A DNA stretch of 20,320 nucleotides from Verrucomicrobiota bacterium (lineage in GTDB: Bacteria > Verrucomicrobiota > Verrucomicrobiia > Opitutales > Coraliomargaritaceae), in the NCBI GenBank assembly GCA_039815375.1, contig JBCBZJ010000038.1, positions 1 through 20,320 of the forward strand, given 5' to 3'. Within the stretch, counting starts at the first letter, position 1. Each line of letters opens with the position of its first letter. This document shows, one piece after another, positions 1-8,933 of this stretch. A program made the translations under genes and the position numbers. The notes beneath the pieces are model-generated. The model worked only from the letters and a program-made list of their open reading frames with translations, was not told where the DNA came from and made no database searches.

Positions 1-1
1 G

Positions 2-535
2 CTGGGCCTATGCGCAGGGCTGGATCTTCCGACAGAAGGGAAAACGGTTCTACTTGGGACGGATATTGTCGGGATGAGCGAAGATGATCGTGCGGCATTT
101 CGCGGCGAGCACATCGGTTTCGTCTTTCAAAACTTCCAACTCATCCCAAGCCTCACTGCTCTCGAAAACGTCATGGCACCACTGGAGCTGCGTGGGGCAA
201 GCAGAGTTGAGACAACTGCGCGTGAATTACTCAGCCGGGTCGGACTCGGCGAACGCATGGAGCACTACCCGATCCAACTCTCCGGCGGTGAACAACAGCG
301 TGTGGCCCTCGCAAGAGCTTTCATCAATCAGCCAAAGATTCTCTTTGCCGACGAACCAACCGGCAATCTCGACGGCAACAACGGCGAGCACATCGTTGAG
401 CTTCTCTTTGGCATGAACCGTGATCTGGGAACAACCCTCATACTCGTAACGCACGATCCGGAACTGGCCAGCCACTGCGACCGCACGGTTCGTATTCAAG
501 ACGGGCGTATCCAAAGCGACACGGCAAAGGCATGA
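2..535 (+). CDS. ybbA: ABC transporter ATP-binding protein (YbbA/LolD-like), 5'-truncated by the window edge
   Basis: The frame is open from base 2 (LGLCAGLDLPTEGK...) into the ORF at 74. It carries Q-loop FVFQNF, signature LSGGEQQR, Walker B ILFADEPTGNLD and H-loop VTHD. Walker A lies upstream of the window. ATGA overlap with the permease. Confidence 0.9.
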   Translation: MGLCAGLDLPTEGKTVLLGTDIVGMSEDDRAAFRGEHIGFVFQNFQLIPSLTALENVMAPLELRGASRVETTARELLSRVGLGERMEHYPIQLSGGEQQRVALARAFINQPKILFADEPTGNLDGNNGEHIVELLFGMNRDLGTTLILVTHDPELASHCDRTVRIQDGRIQSDTAKA

Positions 536-3060
536 CCTCGGCGGAATGGACATTCTCCGCGCGCACCGCATGGCGCGAATCGCGGCGCCAACGTTCGCGA
601 CTATTTCTCTGCGCGCTTTCGATCGTATTTGGCGTGGCCGCGCTCGTGGCGGTCGACTCCTTCACTGAAAACCTGGAAGCCGGTCTGGATAAGGAAGCCA
701 AGGCACTCCTCGGAGCTGACCTGCAGATCACATCGCGAAGTGCATTCGATTCGGAGACCGAACAACTCTTACAAAGTATCGGCGGCCGGCAGTCGCGTGA
801 AATTCGCTTCGCATCGATGGCCTTCTTTCCAAAGAACGACCAGAGCCGACTCATCCAGGTCCGCGCCCTGAGCGGCGGTTTCCCCTACTACGGGGAGTTC
901 GAGACAGAGCCACCGGGGATTACCGTGCCCGAGAGCGAAGAGCCGATCGTCGTGCTCGATCCCCTTGTCATGCGGCAACAAGAACTGGACATTGGTGACG
1001 TCGTCCGATTGGGCAGCACTGATTTCAAAATTGCCGCCGAGCTTGTTCGCGTTCCCGGCGAGGCCGCCTTTGCCGGAATCTTTGCGCCGCGTGCCTATAT
1101 TCCACTTTCGCAGCTTGAGTCTACCGGCCTGATCGGAGTCGGCAGCATCGCCTTTTACAGAATGTATGCGGCTGACTTGGATGAAGACCCGACGCTCGTG
1201 GTAGAGGCGAACCAAGCCGCTTTTGATAATGCTTACCTCGACGCAGAAACCGTCGAAGACCGCAAAGAAAGTATTGGTCGTCCGCTTGAGAACCTCAACA
1301 GCTTCCTCGGCCTCGTCGGTTTCGTTGCCCTCCTGCTCGGAGGCGTTGGCATCGCCGGTGCTGTTCAGGCTTACCTCATGCAAAAGCGTGATACCGTCGC
1401 AATACTGCGCTGCCTCGGCAGCTCGTCGCGTCAAGCCGCCAGCATCTTCTGGTTTCAAATCGCGGGCATCGCCATCATCGGAGCACTTGCCGGAGCCATC
1501 GCCGGCGTTTTTTGCCAAGCGGCACTGCCCCGCTTTCTCGCACCGGTGCTCCCATTCCAACTTGATTTCTTTGTCAGCTGGCCGAGCATTCTAAGGGGAA
1601 TCTTCTATGGTGCAGCGACTGCCTTCATCGCAGGGCTTTTTCCGCTTCTTCCGCTCCGTAAGATAAGCCCGCTTCGGGCCATTCGCGCTGACTTCGGATC
1701 AAATAGGCCGAAGTCCGACGGCCTGACCCGGCTGATCAGCCTCGTCGCGACAGCTCTCATTTGTATTTTCGCCACCACACGAACCGCCGTCTGGTGGCAC
1801 GGCCTGGTCTTTATCGGTGGCCTCGCCGTTGCGATTCTTATTTTCTGGCTCGTCGCATCCGTGCTGCAATGGACTCTTCGAAAAGTCATCAAACCCCGCT
1901 CCTTCGTTCTTCGACAAGCGACTTCGAACCTTCACCGTCCGCAAAATCGAACCGTCTTTCTAACTGTCAGCCTCGGCATCGGGACCTTCCTGATCTATAC
2001 CCTCACCCTGATTCAAACCGGTTTGCTGCAGCAAACTGAAATCGCCGAACAGGGCGACTCTCCCAACCTCCTGCTCTTTGACATCCAGCCCGATCAATTC
2101 GATAGCGTCGAATCCATCCTAAAAGAACGCGACCTTGAATTCGCCACCGCTTCACCAGTCGTCACCATGCGGTTAAGCTCGATCAAAGGTGTAGGCGTCG
2201 CTTCAATCAAAGACGACCCCGATATCAAAATCGATGACTGGATTCTCAATCGCGAATGGAGAAGCACCTACCGTGGTGAACCTGGTGCAGCTGAGAAGGT
2301 CTCGAAGGGTGATTACGTAGGTGACTGGGCCGGTGAACTAGAACCGATCCCGATCTCACTTGAAGAAGACATGGCCCGCGAGCTCAACGTAAAGCTCGGC
2401 GACCAGATGATATTCGACGTGCAGGGCATTCCTCTCGAGGTTAAAATCACCAGCCTGCGCACGGTCGACTGGACCCAGATGTGGCCCAATTTCTTTGCAA
2501 CTTTTCCGCTCGGCGTCCTCGAGAGTGCCCCTCAATGGTGGATCGCCGTTACGCGTTCACCAAACATCGAGACCACTGCTGCCCTTCAGTCCGATATTTT
2601 TCGTAGCCATCCCAATGTATCGGCTGTTGATCTAAACATAGTAATTGAGTCACTACAAACCGTGCTCGGGCGTATCAACTTTGCGGTCCGCTTTATGGGA
2701 CTCTTCACCATGGCAACCGGAATCATCATTCTCGCCAACGCGGTGGCAGCGAGTCGCCATCAGCGCGTTGCGGAAAGTGCCCTGCTTCGAACACTCGGCG
2801 CACGCGGCAGACAAATCCGTGCGATGTTAGCGCTTGAATACGCGATGCTCGGGCTCGTGGCTGGACTTGTCGGCACCATACTCGCACTCGGTGCGGGTTC
2901 CGCCCTTGGCATTTGGGTCTTTAAAGTGGATTTTTATGTGCCCTGGCTTCAGGCCTTCATCGCCGTCACTTCCGTCGTTCTCTTATCTACAGCGACCGGC
3001 TTGATCTGCAGCCGCGGGGTCAGCACCGCACCACCGCTACAAGTTTTACGTGGTGATTAA
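532..3060 (+). CDS. ybbP: ABC transporter permease, YbbP/FtsX-like (two FtsX halves)
   Basis: 842 aa with AWRESRR, LLGADL, AILRCLG, PNLLLFDIQPDQ and ESALLRTLGA motifs. Two multi-TM blocks are separated by soluble domains. Coupled to the ATPase. Confidence 0.9.
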   Translation: MTSAEWTFSARTAWRESRRQRSRLFLCALSIVFGVAALVAVDSFTENLEAGLDKEAKALLGADLQITSRSAFDSETEQLLQSIGGRQSREIRFASMAFFPKNDQSRLIQVRALSGGFPYYGEFETEPPGITVPESEEPIVVLDPLVMRQQELDIGDVVRLGSTDFKIAAELVRVPGEAAFAGIFAPRAYIPLSQLESTGLIGVGSIAFYRMYAADLDEDPTLVVEANQAAFDNAYLDAETVEDRKESIGRPLENLNSFLGLVGFVALLLGGVGIAGAVQAYLMQKRDTVAILRCLGSSSRQAASIFWFQIAGIAIIGALAGAIAGVFCQAALPRFLAPVLPFQLDFFVSWPSILRGIFYGAATAFIAGLFPLLPLRKISPLRAIRADFGSNRPKSDGLTRLISLVATALICIFATTRTAVWWHGLVFIGGLAVAILIFWLVASVLQWTLRKVIKPRSFVLRQATSNLHRPQNRTVFLTVSLGIGTFLIYTLTLIQTGLLQQTEIAEQGDSPNLLLFDIQPDQFDSVESILKERDLEFATASPVVTMRLSSIKGVGVASIKDDPDIKIDDWILNREWRSTYRGEPGAAEKVSKGDYVGDWAGELEPIPISLEEDMARELNVKLGDQMIFDVQGIPLEVKITSLRTVDWTQMWPNFFATFPLGVLESAPQWWIAVTRSPNIETTAALQSDIFRSHPNVSAVDLNIVIESLQTVLGRINFAVRFMGLFTMATGIIILANAVAASRHQRVAESALLRTLGARGRQIRAMLALEYAMLGLVAGLVGTILALGAGSALGIWVFKVDFYVPWLQAFIAVTSVVLLSTATGLICSRGVSTAPPLQVLRGD

Positions 3061-3083
3061 GGGACGACCGCTGGGCACAAGTT

Positions 3084-5009
3084 ATGCTCTACAGTCCCAT
3101 GGCCCAAATCCGAGCAACCTTTCTTGCAACCGGCTTATGTATCCTTGTTAATCAGCTGTGCGTTGCTCACCTCAACCATGAGTCTGCATCAACACTGGTC
3201 GATGCATCCACCAAGCACGAAACCCACGATATTCGAATCGAAGTCATGGATGGACCGAATCCGTGGACGGAGCGCCCTTTCGTTAATAACCCGCGCGACT
3301 TTCAGTTTGCCGTCATCTCCGACAATACGGGCGGCATGCGCCCGGGTGTGATTGAGACTGCGGTTGAAAAGCTGAACCTGCTTCAGCCGGAATTCGTCAT
3401 GAGTGTAGGTGACCTCATCGAAGGTTACACCGAGGACATTGACCGGCTGGTTTTTGAGTGGGATGAATTCGACGCCAAGATCGAACCGCTTGAAATGCGT
3501 TTTTTCTATATTCCCGGCAACCACGACATGACCAACGAAGTCATGGCGAAGCTCTGGGAAGAGCGCCTTGGACGTTCCTACTATCACTTCGTTTACAACG
3601 ACGTGCTCTTCCTCTGCCTCAACACGGAGGACACCAAGAAGGAAACCATCTCACCGACTCAGATTAAGTGGGTCACCGAAACACTTGCAGACCACACGGA
3701 TGTCCGCTGGACCATGGTCTTCATGCACAAGCCGCTCTGGCAGTATGAGATGGACTACGCCGCCCGAAAAAACAGCAATGAGTCGAGCGGCTGGCTGGAA
3801 GTTGAAGCCATACTGAAGGACAGGAAGCACACCGTCCTCTGCGGTCACTACCACAGCTATTCACATTACGAGATCAACGACTCCGACTACATCATCTTAG
3901 GCACAACCGGTGGTGGCAGCCAGCTTCGTGGTCCGGAATACGGCGAGATCGACCACATCTCCTGGATCACAATGACTGACGAGGGGCCAACGATCGCCAA
4001 CATCGCGATTGAAGGCATTCTGCCGAAAGACTTTTCAAAGCCCGAAAGCACACGCTTCCTATACGAAACATTGCGCCTGATTAAAGTTGCCGTCGCACCC
4101 GTCTACTCGAACAAAGGTATTCTGCCAGCGGTCTACGACGCCGAGGTATTTCTTGAAAACGAAGGTATCCACGATGTAACGCTGAGCTTCGAGCTGCCGC
4201 AACTCAACGGCCTAAAGCTTGCATTGGAAAAAAGCGTATGGGATCTCCCGGCTAAATCGTCTACCACGATTCCCCTACAGCTTACTTCGCTGAACGGATC
4301 AGATAGCGTTCTGCCGACAGCAATTGAAATTCCTTATGCGGTAACCGCTTCTCTGGCCAACGATGTAAATGTTGAGTTTGTCGAAAACCTCAGCTTTGTC
4401 GCCTCACCGATCTATCCGACCGAAGGAGAAGCAATCGATTGGATCATGGTCAAAGCACCAACTGAAGTCGGCGGAAATGCGGAGGTCTGGACGGGGGCGG
4501 AGGACGGCTCTTTCAAATTCAAGGTCGAGCAGATCGACGGTTCTTTAATAGTCGATGTCCTTGTCTTTGACGACGCACTCGTGCGCCCTTCCGAAGTCGA
4601 AGCCGCCTGGATCGGCGACGGTTTGGAACTACGTGTCAGCCCGATCTTAGATCCCCTGCGCAGCATCGAGACAACGCGCTTCTGGCAGGACCAGAATAAG
4701 AGCTACTTTGCCATGTATCTCGTGCCAGACGTCCCCGTTCGCTCCTACAGTTACAACTACGGAACCAAGATTCCCAAAGGAATCACCGCGAGCTGCACAA
4801 GCGAAACGGATGAAGGCACCTATCGCGCAAAAGTCGAGATTCCGGTCTCGGTCATTAACGGCTTTGCCGAGGGAGAAGCAAACAAGGTTCGACTTTCCAT
4901 CGGTCTGAATGACCGCGATGCTCCCGGCGAGCAACCGGCCCAGATCTGGTGGCCCGAGGACTGGCGTTCGAACGAAATGACGGTCGGTAGCGGGACGTTT
5001 GAGCTCTAG
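3084..5009 (+). CDS. Secreted calcineurin-like metallophosphoesterase with C-terminal beta-rich (possibly CBM9/DOMON-like) domain
   Basis: Motifs FAVISD, VGDLIEG, PGNHD, FMHKPLW and GHYH. The hydrophobic N-terminus is signal-like (alternative start ATG 3099). The C-terminal pattern V.DD...W.GDGLEL...Y..KVEIP...LND.D resembles CBM9-like domains. Confidence 0.8.
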   Translation: MLYSPMAQIRATFLATGLCILVNQLCVAHLNHESASTLVDASTKHETHDIRIEVMDGPNPWTERPFVNNPRDFQFAVISDNTGGMRPGVIETAVEKLNLLQPEFVMSVGDLIEGYTEDIDRLVFEWDEFDAKIEPLEMRFFYIPGNHDMTNEVMAKLWEERLGRSYYHFVYNDVLFLCLNTEDTKKETISPTQIKWVTETLADHTDVRWTMVFMHKPLWQYEMDYAARKNSNESSGWLEVEAILKDRKHTVLCGHYHSYSHYEINDSDYIILGTTGGGSQLRGPEYGEIDHISWITMTDEGPTIANIAIEGILPKDFSKPESTRFLYETLRLIKVAVAPVYSNKGILPAVYDAEVFLENEGIHDVTLSFELPQLNGLKLALEKSVWDLPAKSSTTIPLQLTSLNGSDSVLPTAIEIPYAVTASLANDVNVEFVENLSFVASPIYPTEGEAIDWIMVKAPTEVGGNAEVWTGAEDGSFKFKVEQIDGSLIVDVLVFDDALVRPSEVEAAWIGDGLELRVSPILDPLRSIETTRFWQDQNKSYFAMYLVPDVPVRSYSYNYGTKIPKGITASCTSETDEGTYRAKVEIPVSVINGFAEGEANKVRLSIGLNDRDAPGEQPAQIWWPEDWRSNEMTVGSGTFEL

Positions 5010-5142
5010 TTTCAGGCTAAATGTCCTCAGCCGCATGTTCCGTGTTTTGGTTAGGCTTTACAACGACGCTTGAAGACAAGCGCCCTCCACTCAAATACAC
5101 TCTCTCTAATGAAAGTCATGGCTTGTGTCGCAGGAGCACGAT

Positions 5143-6153
5143 TCAAGGCTCCACCGGTAGCGGCGTATCACAATGAAGTCTTTCCATCGACTTCAGTTCG
5201 TGGAGCCAACGCCAGGGCACACTGTTGGCCGCACCCAATAAAGCCCCGACAACCGCACCACGGTGTGCATTATCTCCACCGCATCGTGCATTCGCAACGA
5301 CACCGGCACTGAAGTCATCGTGATACTTCCAGGCCAGATACAGGGACGCGATGAAAGACTCCGGCAAGTAGCAGGCTGTAGTGAGATGCCGTCCCACCAC
5401 GACGCGGTCTTCGAAACGCGACCATGTTTCAAGCTCGGCCTTATTTACAAAGCTGTTCCCATGCTCGATGATCGCATCGCGCAAATCATTACCACCGGCA
5501 ACAGACCGAAGTATTTTCGCAAAAGCACGACCCGTGCTTGCGATCGGCTGCCCCAGGTGCGTTAGCGCTAGATGAGACTGAAGTAGGTCCAATTCGTTTT
5601 CCATCACCGTCTCTGCCAGAGTATCCAAAGCCGCAAGTAAGAACGGCACAGGCGTTAGGCCACCGATATGGATGTCTTCAATGCCACATTCTTCAGGCTG
5701 CCGACCACGGGAGAGGTTATCAAAAAACGCACGATGGTATTCCTCAGCGTAAGTATCGCTATGGGAATCCGGTCGACGCATGTAGTCCACATAACGCTGG
5801 AGCCATGCTTTCGGGCAGTAGCCCTCCGAGGCCACGACGAGCCGGTATAGTTCAACACCGAGGAGGAAGTTCAGTGTGTTGCCCCCCGCCGGCAGGAATT
5901 GATGATAATGCACCCCGCGCTGTCCCCAGAAGACCGCCTGCTGGTGGAGGATGTCTGCATCCTTATTGCGCGGCGTATACTTTGAGCGCCAGAGAATGCT
6001 ATCGGGATGGGGATTTTTCGGTGCCCTGTAGCCATCATCCAGATTAGGATAGTCACGATCCAAAGCATTAGTATCGTAATACCAATGCACCGGCATAGAG
6101 ATCGCGTCGGCGACTAAGGCGCCGAACATGGCATTTTTCATTATTTCGTTCAT
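5143..6153 (-). CDS. ADP-ribosylglycohydrolase family protein (divergent, J1-crystallin/SelJ-like motif set)
   Basis: N-terminal AMFGALVADAISMPVHWYYD and C-terminal NARCGGDNAHRGAVVGALLGA...VP.RW. Start reassigned to ATG 6153, which overlaps the upstream TGA (ATGA). Confidence 0.85.
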   Translation of the reverse strand: MNEIMKNAMFGALVADAISMPVHWYYDTNALDRDYPNLDDGYRAPKNPHPDSILWRSKYTPRNKDADILHQQAVFWGQRGVHYHQFLPAGGNTLNFLLGVELYRLVVASEGYCPKAWLQRYVDYMRRPDSHSDTYAEEYHRAFFDNLSRGRQPEECGIEDIHIGGLTPVPFLLAALDTLAETVMENELDLLQSHLALTHLGQPIASTGRAFAKILRSVAGGNDLRDAIIEHGNSFVNKAELETWSRFEDRVVVGRHLTTACYLPESFIASLYLAWKYHDDFSAGVVANARCGGDNAHRGAVVGALLGAANSVPWRWLHELKSMERLHCDTPLPVEP

Positions 6154-6569
6154 GCTTTGTAGGCCTCTATTGCAGTGCGAAATTGATCCGTCCAGGGCAC
6201 TGGCTGGTGAGTCTCCCCCGAGAGCTTGCAAACTGTGCGCTTTCCATCGCAGTAGGTTTTTATCCCCTTTGGATCGCGGATTTTAAAATTCATCGTCACG
6301 CCGCCGCTTCGAATGCGATCGACCGTGTATTCCACCACGATGGAACCGGGGTTACGAACCGGCTCGCGGAAGCGTGATTCGAGGCTGTGCACAACCACAT
6401 AGATATCTTCGTCTCGATCGGCATCAAAGTCATCCACGCCTAGCAAATGCTCGAAGAACTTCTGCTGCGCCCGCTCCAGATGAAGCAGGTAGCCCGTGTG
6501 GTGCATGACACCCAGCGCATCAAGCTCATCGAAGTAGACCTGCGAGTTGTAAGTGAACGATTCCGGCAT
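6150..6569 (-). CDS. Acyl-CoA thioesterase, hotdog fold (4HBT/YbgC/FcbC-like)
   Basis: VYFDELDALGVMHHTGYLLHLERA matches the D.D..G...H..Y....E.AR motif; about 139 aa. Start is either ATG 6569 or ATG 6584. Confidence 0.85.
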   Translation of the reverse strand: MPESFTYNSQVYFDELDALGVMHHTGYLLHLERAQQKFFEHLLGVDDFDADRDEDIYVVVHSLESRFREPVRNPGSIVVEYTVDRIRSGGVTMNFKIRDPKGIKTYCDGKRTVCKLSGETHQPVPWTDQFRTAIEAYKA

Positions 6570-6626
6570 GGTAACGGAACGCATCTGCAGTAATCACCTT
6601 ACTTTGAAGCAGGTAAAAACTGGCTA

Positions 6627-6875
6627 TCATTTCAGTCGCAAACGAATCGGCCCACTTACACGAGATGGCTCGACGACCTTACCCTTTTGGCAAACTTCGA
6701 TCCGGCCTGAAGCTGCTAGCTCCACAATCACTTCGCGAACAAGCGCCATCTTCGCACGCCAGGTCTCAGCATCAAAGACCGCACGCGCGGCTTCACTCGG
6801 GCAGATGGTTTTTCCAAAATCGCGAGCCGTCAGCAGCTCGAGAATCGAGACCTCCACTCTTAAACGCTCATCCAC
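6627..6875 (-). CDS. DUF3253 domain protein (small winged-helix-like)
   Basis: ILELL..R..GKTICPSEAARA...WR..M..VR......G.I...QKG......GPIRLR. A GTG start at 6875 has GGAGG 6 nt upstream; the alternative is ATG 6929. Confidence 0.85.
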   Translation of the reverse strand: MDERLRVEVSILELLTARDFGKTICPSEAARAVFDAETWRAKMALVREVIVELAASGRIEVCQKGKVVEPSRVSGPIRLRLK

Positions 6876-6934
6876 CGTAGACCTCCATACCCTTCCCAGA
6901 GATTCACATCGGCATACCTGACTCGCCATTATTA

Positions 6935-7186
6935 TTACTCAAAAGAGCCCTTGTGTGAGGGATTATTCTTAAAGCGCTTGCGGTGCTTCGTCACCCGTCC
7001 ACTAACACGTTCGCGCCAGAGTATGAAGCTACGAGGTTTCAATTCCCGGCGCATCAACTTAATAACTTCGGCCTCGGTTAACCCCGTCCGCCTTTCAATC
7101 TGCTCGAACGAAGTGCGATCCTCCCAGGCCATTCGAACGATCTGGTTCACCTGCTGCAATGGGAGCGTCTTAAGCTTGGCTTTCAT
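6935..7186 (-). CDS. TIGR03643 family protein (DUF2805)
   Basis: IVRMAWEDRTSFEQI....GL.E.EVIKLMRRELKP.SF.LWR.RVSGR.TKH is the family signature. The start overlaps the 3' end of the photolyase gene. Confidence 0.9.
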   Translation of the reverse strand: MKAKLKTLPLQQVNQIVRMAWEDRTSFEQIERRTGLTEAEVIKLMRRELKPRSFILWRERVSGRVTKHRKRFKNNPSHKGSFE

Positions 7187-8708
7187 CAAGATCCATCTCC
7201 GTCTGCGTGCTTACCTTACGCTTAGGCCGCTTTGGTCTATTCCGACTTTCGCGTGACTTACGGCTGCCATGCCGCTCCATCACCTCTTGAGCCGATTGCC
7301 AATAGTCGTCGCGTTTACGAAGCGCAGCAAATTGCGACCGCGCATGCTTGACCGCTAATTTGTGGTCGACAATCGGAAGCGGGTAGTCCTCGCCAATCCG
7401 GCAATTTGCCTCTAGTTGAATCAGATCCGGCATTTTCCATGGCTCGTGGATGTCAACGGTTGCTACATCTTTGAGCTCCGGCACCCATCGCCGAATAAAG
7501 TCTCCGTTCGGATCGTGATCCTGCCCCTGTTTGGTCGGGTTATAAATACGAAGTGTATTGATCCCGGTCAGACCACTCTGCATCTGCACCTGAGAGATGT
7601 GAATCCCCGGTTCATAATCAATGAATTGACAGGCCAGCCAGTCCTTGAACAAACGCCAATCGATCCAGAGATGATAGCTCGCAAAAGAGACCAACATGGC
7701 GCGCATGCGAAAATTGATCCAGCCCCGTGTCCTGAGAGAACGAATGCAGGCGTCGATAAAGGGATAGCCCGTTCGGCCGGATTTCCATGCATCCAGTCGC
7801 TCCACATTCAATTCACCACAACGCAGATCGTCGCAGGCACGGTTAAATGCGCGGAATTCAATCTCGGGCTCAGATTCCAGCTTCTGCATAAAATGGCAGT
7901 GCCAATGACAGCGGGACAGGAAAGCCCGCGCTGCAACCTTAGGAATCGACTCTCCCGCTGCCGCGCGAACGGATTGTACGACGGAACGCATCGAAATACA
8001 TCCCCATGCGAGGTAAGGACTAATCCGCGAACAACTTTCGTAGGCGGTATTCGGACTGCTCATCTCACGATGATAACGTTTGCCACGACCTTTGACGAAA
8101 CTTTCGAGAACACGCAAAGCTTCCGTCTCGCCGCCTTTCAAGTCAACCTCACGAGAAGAGAGTTCAAGACCAAGGTCCGCCGACTTCGGAATATCACACA
8201 CTTTAAGATTTTCAACGGAGTTCAAATTCTCGGGGATGGGCAGGATTGGCTCCGACATTCGCCTCTCCCAGTGCCGCGCCCATCCATTGCGATCCTTCAG
8301 TCGACGCAACACACCATTCTGTGGAATTTCCTCAAAACGAATACCTGCAGATTTGGACCAATTCACAACCGCTTGATCGCGCCTGTAGGTAATCGCATTG
8401 CCGGTTTCTTCATGTGCCCAGATTGTCTCGATCTTATGGACCTCATGAAGTGCCTGAAATATCTCAAGAGCCACCCCACGCACCACCTGTAAATCAGTCC
8501 CAAGCTCTCGCAGGCTTTCCCGTAGCTCGTTCAATGACTGACGAATAAAATCCCAGTGCATCGCATCAAAATCGGGGGCACCGGTTACCTCCGGTTCGAT
8601 CATATAGATGGCTAAAACAGGCCCATGCTCAGCAGCGCGAACCAAAGGCACATGATCCAGAATTCTCAAATCGCGCTTAAACCAAACGCATTGCGTGCCG
8701 TCGCTCAT
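7170..8708 (-). CDS. Photolyase/cryptochrome family flavoprotein, canonical domain order, atypical DYEPGIH..Q.QMQSG subgroup
   Basis: N-terminal [12 protein letters not shown] antenna-domain motif; FAD-domain motifs [37 protein letters not shown] and FIRRWVPEL. Start ATG 8708 overlaps the DUF2256 stop (ATGA). Confidence 0.92.
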   Translation of the reverse strand: MSDGTQCVWFKRDLRILDHVPLVRAAEHGPVLAIYMIEPEVTGAPDFDAMHWDFIRQSLNELRESLRELGTDLQVVRGVALEIFQALHEVHKIETIWAHEETGNAITYRRDQAVVNWSKSAGIRFEEIPQNGVLRRLKDRNGWARHWERRMSEPILPIPENLNSVENLKVCDIPKSADLGLELSSREVDLKGGETEALRVLESFVKGRGKRYHREMSSPNTAYESCSRISPYLAWGCISMRSVVQSVRAAAGESIPKVAARAFLSRCHWHCHFMQKLESEPEIEFRAFNRACDDLRCGELNVERLDAWKSGRTGYPFIDACIRSLRTRGWINFRMRAMLVSFASYHLWIDWRLFKDWLACQFIDYEPGIHISQVQMQSGLTGINTLRIYNPTKQGQDHDPNGDFIRRWVPELKDVATVDIHEPWKMPDLIQLEANCRIGEDYPLPIVDHKLAVKHARSQFAALRKRDDYWQSAQEVMERHGSRKSRESRNRPKRPKRKVSTQTEMDLDESQA

Positions 8709-8863
8709 CTTGCCGAACGGATCCTCCGGCAGCGATCCGAGCAATAGATCACCTCATCCCAGCAAAGCGCCCACTTCTTTCTCCAGGTAAATGGGCGCAA
8801 ACAGACCGGACAAACCTTCTGTGGAAGGTTCTGTTTAGCCACGGTTTTTCCAGCGATGCGCAT
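8705..8863 (-). CDS. DUF2256 domain protein (small Cys4 zinc-finger-like)
   Basis: [32 protein letters not shown] signature. Start is ATG 8863 or GTG 8842. The longer ORF-track version overlaps the divergent gene and is unlikely. Confidence 0.9.
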   Translation of the reverse strand: MRIAGKTVAKQNLPQKVCPVCLRPFTWRKKWALCWDEVIYCSDRCRRIRSAR

Positions 8864-8933
8864 CGAGTCAGGGTTAGTTGTATCGTTCAAAATTTGATCC
8901 GTAGGGAAAACGAAACTTTTTCGATAGATTGCT
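8864..8933. promoter_or_regulatory. Divergent promoter region of the two photolyase operons, containing two short palindromes
   Basis: 70 bp AT-rich gap between head-to-head starts, with GTTCAAAATTTGATC (8885-8899) and CGAAACTTTTTCG (8911-8923) inverted repeats. Confidence 0.55.

Noticed and set aside
769..1560. 263 aa ORF antisense to ybbP, and similar nested or antisense ORFs elsewhere (e.g. 5538-6047, 12410-13057, 16850-17326)
   Set aside because: All overlap well-supported genes and lack family motifs; expected in GC-rich coding DNA.
5067..5082. CGCTTG-aaga-CAAGCG hairpin between convergent genes
   Set aside because: Only a 6 bp stem with no U-tract; too weak to call a terminator.
6927..6937. 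Triple TAA stop after TIGR03643, with the last TAA overlapping an ATG
   Set aside because: A curiosity only; the better-supported DUF3253 start is the GTG at 6875 with a GGAGG ribosome-binding site.
7416..8492. 358 aa ORF antisense to the photolyase
   Set aside because: It lies wholly opposite a motif-rich gene and has no recognisable motifs; a typical shadow ORF.
8885..8899. GTTC-N7-GATC resembling the alphaproteobacterial SOS box GTTC-N7-GTTC
   Set aside because: One mismatch in an 8-base motif, and the host does not look alphaproteobacterial. I saw no TGTTC-N4-GAACA Verrucomicrobia-type box in the intergenic regions I examined.
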